The position numbers and the translations under genes are program-made. This document shows positions 49,401 to 57,868 of a stretch of DNA of 59,167 nucleotides, piece after piece. Below the pieces are notes generated by a model. It did no database searches. It had not been told where the DNA came from and saw nothing but the letters and a program-made list of their open reading frames with translations. How positions within the stretch are numbered: position 1 is the stretch's first letter; the number at the start of each line of letters is the position of its first letter. Source of the DNA: Candidatus Binatus sp. Lineage in GTDB: Bacteria; Desulfobacterota; Binatia; Binatales; Binataceae. Where the stretch lies: contig JBEKLS010000004.1 in NCBI GenBank assembly GCA_050010075.1, positions 1 to 59,167 on the forward strand, given 5' to 3'.

Positions 49401-49952
49401 GGCACCGCGCGCTGCCAAATCGCGCAAAGTTTTGAGGCGCCGTTCGGTTAATATCTGCCCAGTGGTCTCCTGCACGGTAGTGAGAATGCCGCCCACGGCT
49501 CCATCGTCCCCGGGAATCGGACTGTATGCGAAAGTAAAATAGGTCTCCTCGATGTATCCGTAGCGATTTACTTCGAGAAGCATATCGGCGCTGAAAGTCG
49601 CGGGGCCGCCGCTCAGAATTTGCGTCGCCATCCGCTGTACTGCGCTCCAGACTTCTGCCCAGACCTCAAACGCCGGTTGCCCAATCGCCGCCGGATGTTT
49701 GGCGCCGAGCATCAGCCGATAGCCGTCGTTGTACAGGTGACGCAGCTCGGGCCCCCACCAGATTCCCATTGGGAAGCTATTGCCCAGCATCACGCTGACC
49801 ATGGTGCGTAGGCTGGCGGGCCATTGGGCGACCGGACCCAGCGGATTGTTGGCCCAATCTATTGTACGGAGCAGCGCCCCCATCTCGCCCCCTCCGGCCA
49901 GACAATGGTCCAAGCTGTCCGATGAGGGACTCTGTGAGGGATCTCTGCTCAT
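46464..49952 (-). CDS. hybrid sensor kinase: PAS/GAF-HisKA-HATPase-REC-HisKA-HATPase-REC
   Basis: GGEMGALLR.IDW N-terminus; SHEFRTPL and GHELRNPL H-boxes; two G-boxes; receivers DVMMP and DVGLP. Confidence 0.94.
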   Translation of the reverse strand: MSRDPSQSPSSDSLDHCLAGGGEMGALLRTIDWANNPLGPVAQWPASLRTMVSVMLGNSFPMGIWWGPELRHLYNDGYRLMLGAKHPAAIGQPAFEVWAEVWSAVQRMATQILSGGPATFSADMLLEVNRYGYIEETYFTFAYSPIPGDDGAVGGILTTVQETTGQILTERRLKTLRDLAARGAEAQTAEEACATAAEILGANPSDVPFALLYLIESEGNHARLVSSVGIDRNHLGAPEIIGTDHGTLEDATSDSWPLAEVEKRGSSLELTDLADRFGRLPGGRWPEPTETAVVAPLRRSGQGRPYGFLIAGISPRLKLDHRYRDFVQLAADQIATAIANARAHQEERQRAQALAEIDAAKTTFFSNVSHEFRTPLTLMLGPLEDLADGRTGLSDEHRQQMQLVQRNGLRLLKLVNTLLDFTRIEAGRVQASYQETDTAALTAELASSFKSLAERAGLALNVQCERIDSKCFVDPEMWEKIVLNLISNAFKFTFHGTITVRLKSAGRNFELSVSDTGIGIPEHELTKIFQRFHRVEGARARTYEGSGIGLALVYELVKMHGGTIEVESRLDSGSTFTVSLPTGSAHLPSDRISARRSVASTAVGAAPYLEEAATWLSSERRSETMPPEITRVEQGKPEAVADGNAEVLLVDDNADMRGYIKRLLSPYCTVQTVRNGLEALDAISRSLPDLVLTDVMMPKLDGYGLLRALRENPRTSSIPIILLSARAGEESQVEGLTHGADDYLVKPFSARELIARVRAHLQLHRFRQRFLEEREQLIAREQEAKRLAEEANRAKDEFLAMLGHELRNPLSPILTSLNLIQMRDSDSFRRERDIIERQVRHLANLIDDLLDVSRITRGKIQLKLEPLELITVVVKAIEMASPIIEQQMHHLIATVPNTGLKLEADPTRLSQVISNLLTNAAKYTDRGGKIWIRASRENRQIVLRVRDNGIGISSEMLPQVFDLFSQGGRGSDRAQGGLGIGLAIVKSLVELHGGSVSAHSEGIGKGSEFVVTLPLASEGQATAPRLSATIVSEPQAVAESTSSRRKVLIVDDNQDGAETLAEALAELGFLTRTAFDGPSSLELVGTFKPDVMLIDVGLPVMDGYELVRRLRADAGLASVRLIAVTGYGQESDRRRAFEAGFDEHLVKPVDLDRLQSLLLAAK

Positions 49953-50050
49953 GTCGTGGAAGGGGAGCTAGCCATGTCGCTCTCAGCTTAGTCGAACGAG
50001 CGAGGGCACTAAGATCAACCTAAGTTGAAAGACGCGACCAGCGCAAGCAG

Positions 50051-51604
50051 CTAGCGAGCAGCATCAGGCCGTATCGATGAACGGCCTCCATCCAGAGCCG
50101 CGGGATACGGCCGGAGCTTGTACAGCGAACCCGCCGCGCCCGGATAAAACATATCGCCGTAGTAGGAAGGCTGGACCATCGTCCCGGAGGTCATTGCGGG
50201 CAATCGGGCCGAACGCGCGATCTCCTGGCCCGTCGCTGCGTTGCGCCACACGACCTCGTCCTCCGTGTTGATATCCGGAATCTCGGCACCGGGAATGTCC
50301 GAGCCTACGATGACGCGCTGGTCGGGAGGGCCGATAATCGCGATGAATTCGGTCGTTGTTTGCGCTACCTTCCAGGCCGTCTGCAGTCCCGAGGAGCCGA
50401 GATGTACTGCCGCGATCTCGCCCGGCAGCGCGTCCATCGCGTAGATCAGGTTCGATTGCGGATCGACGGAGACCGTTGCCGCATTCCAACTGACAGCCTG
50501 TGTGCCACCAGGAGCCTGCTTGCAGAATGCGATCTTGACGAGGGGCGGGATAGGATCGCCGGCAAAGGGTTGGATCGTGAACTGCTTCGAAGCATCTCGC
50601 TGGTTGATCGCGAAAACGCTCAACGGCGTGGATGCAGGGAGCCCATTGGATTGGCCGACGACCCAGTCGTTCAGGACTACAAGCGCCCACCCCGGAGTCT
50701 GGCCGGGGAGGAGCAGCGTACCCGGATTCCATCCGGAATCCAGGGTCAGGCGTCCTTTTCTGACTTCATAACGGATGCAAGTGTCCACTACGAACAGATA
50801 AACGTACTCGTGACCATTATGCTCGCCGACCGTCACGCGCCCGATAACGTCGGCCGACAAGGTTGTCTGGTCAATGACCTTCATCGTGCGCGGATCGACC
50901 GTGACCAGGACCGAGTTGGGGACGTCCGAGGGGTCAGGACAATCCGCGAGCGCGTTGGGACCCTGAACGGTACAGCCAGCCTGACGATAGAATGCCTTGG
51001 CGATGATCGTGCCGTCGCTGGTCGCGCTGAATCCGTTGTACGTTGTGTCGGCTGGTGCCGCCTGGCCGGTTGGTAGTGCGAGCATTGCAAGCACATGGCC
51101 CGTGGAAGGGTCGATCTTCGAGAGGCGATACCCATAGATGACGTACAACTTGCCGTTGTTGAGAAGGGCTTGGGTGCCGGGATAGTCCCACTCGCCGCTA
51201 TCCGAAGTATTGATCAGTTGAGTGTACCAAACGGGTTGAAGGGTGCCCGGATCAATCTGTGCGACGTAAGCGCCGATGGAAGAGAAATCGTTGCCTGAGC
51301 CTCCGCCGTACAGAACCATTTGCTCAGGACTCAAATAGGTAATGTTCCAGGCGGAGGGGTAGATCTCATCCGACTGCACCGTAGTGACGGTGTTGTCTCC
51401 CGAGAAGAGTCCGCCGAACCTTGCCTGCGGAAAGAGATGCGAACGGCCGGAATCATAGTGTTCGAACGCGGCGAGCGATGGATACCAGGGACGATTTGTT
51501 TCATTGCCATGCGCGTAGGAAGCGGTTACGAACGACAGCAAACCGATAACCGCCAACGCCATTCGATAGTTCTTTCGGCCCTTACGCGATTCAATTGCTC
51601 CCAT
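50051..51604 (-). CDS. secreted hypothetical protein (possible beta-propeller)
   Basis: Signal peptide ending ASYA; repeated xIDPxT/G-type turns (IDPGT, IDPSTG, VDPRT, VDPQS, NAATG). Confidence 0.75.
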   Translation of the reverse strand: MGAIESRKGRKNYRMALAVIGLLSFVTASYAHGNETNRPWYPSLAAFEHYDSGRSHLFPQARFGGLFSGDNTVTTVQSDEIYPSAWNITYLSPEQMVLYGGGSGNDFSSIGAYVAQIDPGTLQPVWYTQLINTSDSGEWDYPGTQALLNNGKLYVIYGYRLSKIDPSTGHVLAMLALPTGQAAPADTTYNGFSATSDGTIIAKAFYRQAGCTVQGPNALADCPDPSDVPNSVLVTVDPRTMKVIDQTTLSADVIGRVTVGEHNGHEYVYLFVVDTCIRYEVRKGRLTLDSGWNPGTLLLPGQTPGWALVVLNDWVVGQSNGLPASTPLSVFAINQRDASKQFTIQPFAGDPIPPLVKIAFCKQAPGGTQAVSWNAATVSVDPQSNLIYAMDALPGEIAAVHLGSSGLQTAWKVAQTTTEFIAIIGPPDQRVIVGSDIPGAEIPDINTEDEVVWRNAATGQEIARSARLPAMTSGTMVQPSYYGDMFYPGAAGSLYKLRPYPAALDGGRSSIRPDAAR

Positions 51605-51744
51605 CGTATGCTCTTGGAAATCCCTCCCAACACACGGCCGATGCGCTGACGTCAACATTCTGTTGCCGACATTTCGGAAATTATGACGTTTTCCCACCTC
51701 GTGCTCTAGATAGCCGCTCGGATTCTATGTCGACCGGGAAGCCC

Positions 51745-51777
51745 GGACTAAGCGGCTCTGGCCAGGGCGCGACGCGC
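51745..51777. repeat. 33-bp direct repeat, left copy (orphan copy of the BBE gene 3' end)
   Basis: GGACTAAGCGGCTCTGGCCAGGGCGCGACGCGC; 30/33 identical to 57836-57868; minus strand reads ARRALARAA-stop. Confidence 0.85.
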
Positions 51778-51928
51778 TGAAGCTGTCGAGCCCATCAGTC
51801 GTCCGATCCTCTCGCGAACCCGGGCCAAGAGGGGTAGTCAGCCGCCAAAGTCTTTCATAGACTCGGCGGGCCCGAGGGGATAAGGACACGCAGACTCTGT
51901 CGAATCGAGCGCGGAGTCTCGGGCCGCT

Positions 51929-52915
51929 ATGCGCAACAAGCAACTGATCGCTCTTGGCCTCGGAACGGCCCTGCTTGTTTACCTGATTTACGAAACCGGC
52001 TCCGCCGGCCTGGTCGAAAACCTCAAGCTGATCGGACCGAAGATCGTCTTCATTATCGGCATCGAGCTGATCGTCGATCTTTTCAACACGGTCGGATGGT
52101 GGTTCACGTTTGCGCCCGACCTGCGTCGCGGCATTTTTGGCTTTCTCTACCTGGTGCGGCTGGCGGGCAGCGCGCTGAACCAGGTCCTGCCGGCAGCCTC
52201 GATGGGGGGCGAGCCGGCGAAGGTGATGCTGTTGCGGCCGCATCTGCCGGCGGCCGCGGCGACTGCCAGCGTGCTGACTTCGCGCGTGGCTTTCACCTTT
52301 GCCAAGGCTATTTTCATCGCATTCGGGATGCTGATCACGTGGCATCGGCTCAAGCTACCAGAGGGTCTGTCGAGCGCGCTGCTGATCGGATTCATCCTCA
52401 CGATGTGCGGCCTGATTGTCTTCCTGATGCTCCAGCTTCGAGGATTTGCGCGAGTGACCGCGCGATTTGGAGGCCTCATCGGATTGCCCGAAAAATGGGT
52501 CGCGACAATCGAGGGTGCTTCGAGCTCGGTCGATGCTCACGTGGTGAGCTTTTACCGAACACGCCCCGGCGACATGGCGCGAGCAATCGTCGCGCATCAG
52601 TTCGCCTTCGCGTTCGGCGTGCTGCAGGTGTCGCTGCTGCTCGGATGGCTCAACCTGCCGAACGATTGGCAGACCAGCCTCGCGATCGAGGCGTTCTCGG
52701 CCCTGGTCGGCTTCATCATCTTCGTGGTGCCGGGCTCGGTCGGGGTACAGGAAGTGAGTAAGGTTCTGATCTTCGCGGCGCTGGGATTACCGACTTCCGC
52801 CGGGATGGGCGTGGGAATCGCCTTTCGCCTGAACGATATCGCAGGTTCGATTATCGGTCTGGCGGTATTCGCACTACTTCAAGCACGGGCCGTTCCGCGG
52901 ATGGAACAGGATTAG
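51929..52915 (+). CDS. lysylphosphatidylglycerol-synthase-TM / flippase-like membrane protein
   Basis: About 8 TM; RLAGSALNQVLPAASMGGEPAK and VPGSVGVQE motifs of the LPG_synthase_TM family. Confidence 0.82.
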   Translation: MRNKQLIALGLGTALLVYLIYETGSAGLVENLKLIGPKIVFIIGIELIVDLFNTVGWWFTFAPDLRRGIFGFLYLVRLAGSALNQVLPAASMGGEPAKVMLLRPHLPAAAATASVLTSRVAFTFAKAIFIAFGMLITWHRLKLPEGLSSALLIGFILTMCGLIVFLMLQLRGFARVTARFGGLIGLPEKWVATIEGASSSVDAHVVSFYRTRPGDMARAIVAHQFAFAFGVLQVSLLLGWLNLPNDWQTSLAIEAFSALVGFIIFVVPGSVGVQEVSKVLIFAALGLPTSAGMGVGIAFRLNDIAGSIIGLAVFALLQARAVPRMEQD

Positions 52916-52988
52916 CGCAGAGGTATTCCGCGTCGAGGTGTTAGCCGTGGGGTACCGCAAGGCCACAGAACCAAACAGGCAGTCAAAA

Positions 52989-54269
52989 TCATACACCGCT
53001 TGCGCCAACGGTCTGCGCACGAGCTGATCGTGCTGCCTCGTTGATGCACCAGGCAGCGTGAATAGCCGCTGTGACTCCCGCCCAGGCGACAGCCGAGTAA
53101 AATGAAATTACGGGGACTCCCAGGAAAAACCCGGGCAAAAATAACCAGGTGTAAATGTTGCGCCGACCCGCAACGAGTCGGAACCGGGACAGAAATGCGG
53201 TGGCATTGTCGACGCTTCGGTGCCACTTAACGTCGGCCACCGAGTAGACAATGTTGTCGGTTAAATCGAACGCGACCATTAGAAGGGCCGCATGCCAGGC
53301 AAACTTCGATCCGCTCTTGTGGAGAAAGAATCCCAGAGCCAACCACCACGAGTTCTCGTAAAAGAAATCCAGTATGTGCTCGTACTCGCCCGCTTTTGAG
53401 GTGGTGCGTGTGATGCGCGCGAGCTTGCCGTCCACGCCGTCGAGCACCTCGACGAAGATTGCGAGGAGAACCCCGACTCGCAGCCACCCAATGGCATAGA
53501 GCGCCGCCACCAAGAACCCTAAAAGAGTGGTGGCTAGAGTTACCTGGTTGGCGGTGATCGCAGTCGGTGCGAGACGGCGGACAAGCAGGTTTTCGAAGAA
53601 TGGGTCGAAATAGCGCGCGGGCAGCTCCTGCGTCCGCCGCTGGATATAGTCCAGAAGAATCTGCCACGCCTGTTCCGCATCGTCGTCGTTCCTGATGCGG
53701 TGCAGATGGAGCGGAACGTCACCGTGCATGGCCTCCCAATACGTCGGCAGAGAGCCGACATTGACGACATTGACGTGAGCGGCCTCAAGATTCGGTGCGT
53801 CGAGCGATTTCGCGCGGAGAAACGCCGCGGTCTCGGGCCGTTCGCCTATCCGCGGACTCAGGATCACCTCGGTATTTTGCGCGGTCAGCCAGTAGAGGAG
53901 CCGTTGATCGATCAACAGATCTGCTGCGACGAGGATGAATCGATCGTGAAGATGAGCGCGAGCGTCACGGAGCATCTCCCATACTGTGGTCCCAGAGGTG
54001 TCTACGTATAAGACGTCTTTGCGAACGCGCTTTGATGGCGGCGGCAATGACAAATCTATCGGCTTCAGAAGCAGCACGGACTCGACGGTTTCCAATTCTG
54101 AAAGTTGACGAAGCAGTCGTTCGAGGAGAGTAATCCCGCCCACAATGCGGAGCGGATTTGCGGTCGCATCGGGGCAGACCACTACTGCCTGAAACCGCGC
54201 TAACGCGGTCGAGGGAGTGGCCGGTTCCATGGCGTCGGCATCCATGGATTGCTCAAGCGCGCCGCCCAT
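52989..54269 (-). CDS. CDP-alcohol phosphotransferase with N-terminal nucleotidyltransferase-like domain
   Basis: ITANQVT, DGVDGKLAR signature; N-terminal VGGITLLERLLRQL resembles NTP-transferase domains. Confidence 0.85.
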   Translation of the reverse strand: MGGALEQSMDADAMEPATPSTALARFQAVVVCPDATANPLRIVGGITLLERLLRQLSELETVESVLLLKPIDLSLPPPSKRVRKDVLYVDTSGTTVWEMLRDARAHLHDRFILVAADLLIDQRLLYWLTAQNTEVILSPRIGERPETAAFLRAKSLDAPNLEAAHVNVVNVGSLPTYWEAMHGDVPLHLHRIRNDDDAEQAWQILLDYIQRRTQELPARYFDPFFENLLVRRLAPTAITANQVTLATTLLGFLVAALYAIGWLRVGVLLAIFVEVLDGVDGKLARITRTTSKAGEYEHILDFFYENSWWLALGFFLHKSGSKFAWHAALLMVAFDLTDNIVYSVADVKWHRSVDNATAFLSRFRLVAGRRNIYTWLFLPGFFLGVPVISFYSAVAWAGVTAAIHAAWCINEAARSARAQTVGASGV

Positions 54270-54272
54270 ATC

Positions 54273-55268
54273 CTATTGTTCTCCGGTCGCGAGGACGCGC
54301 TCCCGTGCTTTGCGTCCTATGCCAGAGGCGAGCGAAATACTGCTCCGCAGGCTCTTCAGAGGTTCTCCGAGCGAATGCGAGATCATTCGCACGCAACCGA
54401 GACAACATCCCTCTTCGCACGGCTTATGGCGATTGTTGCTTCGCAGCTCGGCGAGGTCCATTTCGGCCAAGGGAAAAACGTAATCGCGCTGCTGCGCGCA
54501 CCACTGCACGCCTCCCTTCGAGTTGACGTACAAAAACTTGAACCCTGCCATGCATTTCCACTTTCTCGAAAAATCGCCGAGAAGCATCTCCTGTAAATGC
54601 TCGCCATAAAAGTTCATCCCATCGAAAACGCCATAGCGGCGAAGAATATCGAGAAACTTCCGGCCGTGAATCGCGATCCGGCCGCCACGGCCGTGCATGA
54701 TTGAAAAGCCGAAGGCGAAAGGAAAGTCCTTCAGCATCTCGCGGAAGCGATCATAGTCAGGGAATGTTTCCTCATTCAGGACGGTCTGAACCTCAACCTG
54801 GAACTTGGCGCGCTTCGCGAGCAGCTCCATCTTCGGGAGAAGCGACTTCAGGGATTTCAAGGAGCGGGGAGACGGTTCGATCGAATCGACCGACAACTGC
54901 ATAAAGTCGAGTCCAGAGGCATTAAGGCGCTCGATGTTGCGTTCGCCCAGAAAAAATCCATTTGTGATGACCGTTGTAACGTTCGAGCCGCCGCGCTTCG
55001 ACTTGGTATGTGCGATCAGATCGTCAAGGCCGGGATGGAGCAAGGGTTCACCGCCGAGGAGGTCGTAAACCAGCACGCCCAGTTCGTCGAGCTTGTCGAT
55101 ACGGACCTTCAGGTCCGCCAGCGGGACGATCGGACCCCCGGGCGTGTACTCGTCGCAGTAGTCGCAGGTCAGATTGCAGTCGTCAGTGACGACGACCTGC
55201 GCATACATAGGACGCGAATCCAGCACGCGCTTAGCGCCTGTGAGCACAAACTGCTTATCGACTGCCAT
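54273..55268 (-). CDS. radical SAM protein with twitch/SPASM-like domain
   Basis: CNLTCDYC, GGEPLLHP, TNG; C-terminal CMAG...WC...CEEGCCLGC. Start 55268 follows GGAGG (the ORF is open to 55346). Confidence 0.9.
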   Translation of the reverse strand: MAVDKQFVLTGAKRVLDSRPMYAQVVVTDDCNLTCDYCDEYTPGGPIVPLADLKVRIDKLDELGVLVYDLLGGEPLLHPGLDDLIAHTKSKRGGSNVTTVITNGFFLGERNIERLNASGLDFMQLSVDSIEPSPRSLKSLKSLLPKMELLAKRAKFQVEVQTVLNEETFPDYDRFREMLKDFPFAFGFSIMHGRGGRIAIHGRKFLDILRRYGVFDGMNFYGEHLQEMLLGDFSRKWKCMAGFKFLYVNSKGGVQWCAQQRDYVFPLAEMDLAELRSNNRHKPCEEGCCLGCVRMISHSLGEPLKSLRSSISLASGIGRKARERVLATGEQ

Positions 55269-55385
55269 AAGGGCCTCCGAGGTATTGGCGAGCCATCTCG
55301 CCGGCTGTTGCATGCCGATATGGGAAACTGAACGGCCTTGCGCCATTCCACTTCTGAATGCCGATTGCGATCGCGCCCGTAAGCA

Positions 55386-56735
55386 TCAGAAGGGATAGTC
55401 AATTCCGCTAAAGATGGAGATGCCTTCGTTGCCGTATCCGACATCGACAAACCCGACCACGAACGGATCGGCGATTGCGCGAAAGCCCATCCCTCCCGCT
55501 GGATGAAAATCGTCTACCGGGTTGCTGGTGAAATCGTGGCTCACCTTGCCGAGGTCGAAGAACGGCGCGAGCTCGATGATGGCCTTGGTCTGAAAAATAT
55601 TGAGCGCGTAGACCCGCGTTCGCAGCTCAACGTTGAAAGCCTCGATGTTGTTGTCGCTGAAGCGGGCGGTGCCAAAGCCGCGATTGGTCGCGCGATCGAC
55701 AAAGAAATCGCTGCCTTCGCCGCCGAGCCGGGCGAGCGACCAGAAAGGTGTTTCGTTGCCGGCCGGCGAATACTGGATCAGGGTATGTGCAGCCAGCACG
55801 AATCGCTGGCCGAACGGTTCATAATGGCTGAGCTCGGTACCGAATCGCGTGTACGAAAATGAGCTTCCGAAATCTCGATCGGCAAAGCCGGCGAAGACCC
55901 GGTAGATTCCTCCCCGGGTCGGGAGGTCGGTCGAATCGCGATTGTCAAAGGAGGCGACCAGTCCCTGATATATGTCGCTGCCACCGTCGAGGCCCTTAAC
56001 CTTGGGAAACAACTGCGCGGGAGATGGAAGATCGAAGGCGCCGGAACCGATGCGCACATATCGTGGCCGCGCCTCCACTCCGACCTGAAACTGTTCCGAG
56101 ATGTTGATTCCCAGCAGGCCGCGAAAGTAGACCTGCTTGGTCGCATAGTTGGTTTCATTGCCTTGCGAGGAGTGGTTGCCGATCCCGTAAAATCGCTCGG
56201 TGGGGTCGTCTTCCCAAAAAAGTTCGCCGTCGAATGACCACCATTTTTGGCGGTCGCGCCCAATGGAATAGGTCAAATCGATGTTGTGCGCTTTTTCTAG
56301 CTGCGCGCCACCGGTAACTGACCAGTGAACGTCGCTGGAGGGATAATCGAGATAGCGGAAATCGCCCCCGACACCGAGCGTCGTATTATTGGTGATGTCG
56401 GGCGCGATGATGCTGCTGACGTCGCCGTTGGTGTCGTGCTGCAGGAAGACCGTCATCAGCCCGTAGGTGGTGCCGCCATTCGGACTGGTCGCTACCTCGG
56501 GTACGGGAATGAAAGGCCATGAGTTCGGATCGAGCGGCTGAAAGGCGTGCGCGGAATTCGGGCGGGCGATCGCGAATACAAATGCCAGAATCAGCAGGAA
56601 TGCCTGCTGCCAGTCGACGCGTGCGGCGGATTTTCTCCGATCAGCCAAATCAGCTAGCCACTTGGGTGCGCAGAAGTACGTCCCGGGACCTTTGTCAGTT
56701 AGCGTGGGCCGAAATAATCTGCGGGTAATTTGCAT
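55386..56735 (-). CDS. Omp85/BamA-TamA-like outer-membrane beta-barrel without POTRA domains
   Basis: DNRDS...PTRG, RGFG.ARF, ELR, FFDLGKV, GMGFR, C-terminal YPF beta-signal; start uncertain. Confidence 0.8.
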   Translation of the reverse strand: MQITRRLFRPTLTDKGPGTYFCAPKWLADLADRRKSAARVDWQQAFLLILAFVFAIARPNSAHAFQPLDPNSWPFIPVPEVATSPNGGTTYGLMTVFLQHDTNGDVSSIIAPDITNNTTLGVGGDFRYLDYPSSDVHWSVTGGAQLEKAHNIDLTYSIGRDRQKWWSFDGELFWEDDPTERFYGIGNHSSQGNETNYATKQVYFRGLLGINISEQFQVGVEARPRYVRIGSGAFDLPSPAQLFPKVKGLDGGSDIYQGLVASFDNRDSTDLPTRGGIYRVFAGFADRDFGSSFSYTRFGTELSHYEPFGQRFVLAAHTLIQYSPAGNETPFWSLARLGGEGSDFFVDRATNRGFGTARFSDNNIEAFNVELRTRVYALNIFQTKAIIELAPFFDLGKVSHDFTSNPVDDFHPAGGMGFRAIADPFVVGFVDVGYGNEGISIFSGIDYPF

Positions 56736-56841
56736 TTCGTTCGCGAGTAACGCAAGTGTGCATGTGCATTGGCCGACGAGCCGATATCGCGTAAAAATTC
56801 GCCCAAGAACCGGGGTCTCGGGACAGGGGAATTCAGAGCTG

Positions 56842-57810
56842 ATGGATCCTTCGATCGTAGCGAAAGGCGCGATGGCTTGGCTCGGGGTGAAGCCATCTCC
56901 GATCAGTCTCGCCTACGAACTCTCGTGGCTTTGCAACCTGGAGTGCGCCTACTGCGATCGCCACACTCCAATGGCTAATGAGATGACGCGCGATCAGATT
57001 TTCAAGGCGCTCGGCGAGTTCGTCGAACTCGGCGCGAGCAGCGTCAGCCTCGACGGTGGCGAGCCGCTGGCTCATCCCAATGTCGCGGAGATCGTGCAGT
57101 TCCTGGTCGAGCGCGAGGTCGAGGTGTCGATGCACACCAACGGCATCCTGGTGCCGCGTAAGATTGATACGATTCGCCAGCTGAAAAAAGTGAAGATCAG
57201 CCTCGACGGACCGCAGGAAGTCCACGATTCGATGCGTGGGGCCGGTTCATTCGACAGCGCAATCGGGGGAGCGCGGGCCGCCATCCAGGCGGGCGTGCGG
57301 GTAGAGTTCACTTGCTCGGTGGGTCGTCACAACGCGGACGCGATCGGACAGCTGCTCGACATCGTGGAAGGTCTCGGCAGCAGCGTCATCTTCCAGCCCG
57401 TGCGTAACAGCCTCTTCGTCTATACGCAGCGCGACGGTAAGGCGTGGGAGCTGGAGCATCGCCGGAGCCTCGCGACGTTCGCCCAAATCGAGGCTGCGAA
57501 ACGGGCTGGACGAGCGGTGGCAAATCAATGGTCGAGCCTGCGCCATTTCCGCAGCTTTCCGTTCGAGGCGCGGCCGCCCTGCGCCGCAGGGTGGATCCTC
57601 TGCACGATGGATCCCGAAGGCGTGCTTTTCCATTGCGGTGAACGCGATCGCGGCGATCGAACCAACAATGTGATCCGGATGGGCGTGGCAGGCGCGTTTG
57701 CCAACCTGACAAAGTCAGCATGCGGCCAGTGCTGGTGCGCGCGCTCGGTCGAGGAGAACTACGTTTGGGGTCTACGCTTCGACAAAATGCTCCCGCCGCT
57801 GCGCCACTGA
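56842..57810 (+). CDS. radical SAM protein with twitch/SPASM-like domain
   Basis: CNLECAYC, GGEPL, TNG, ISLDG...HD..RG.GSF; C-terminal CAAG...HC...CGQCWC. Confidence 0.9.
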   Translation: MDPSIVAKGAMAWLGVKPSPISLAYELSWLCNLECAYCDRHTPMANEMTRDQIFKALGEFVELGASSVSLDGGEPLAHPNVAEIVQFLVEREVEVSMHTNGILVPRKIDTIRQLKKVKISLDGPQEVHDSMRGAGSFDSAIGGARAAIQAGVRVEFTCSVGRHNADAIGQLLDIVEGLGSSVIFQPVRNSLFVYTQRDGKAWELEHRRSLATFAQIEAAKRAGRAVANQWSSLRHFRSFPFEARPPCAAGWILCTMDPEGVLFHCGERDRGDRTNNVIRMGVAGAFANLTKSACGQCWCARSVEENYVWGLRFDKMLPPLRH

Positions 57811-57835
57811 GGACCGACGGATATTGACGCCGTCT

Positions 57836-57868
57836 GGACTACGCCGCTCTAGCCAGGGCGCGACGCGC
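57836..57868. repeat. 33-bp direct repeat, right copy (actual 3' end of the BBE gene)
   Basis: GGACTACGCCGCTCTAGCCAGGGCGCGACGCGC; includes the TAG stop at 57839-57841. Confidence 0.85.

Noticed and set aside
51929-57810. Hopanoid (hpn) biosynthesis cluster
   Set aside because: No squalene-hopene cyclase, HpnG/HpnI or B12-binding rSAM; the rSAMs are short twitch-type enzymes not recognisable as HpnH or HpnJ.
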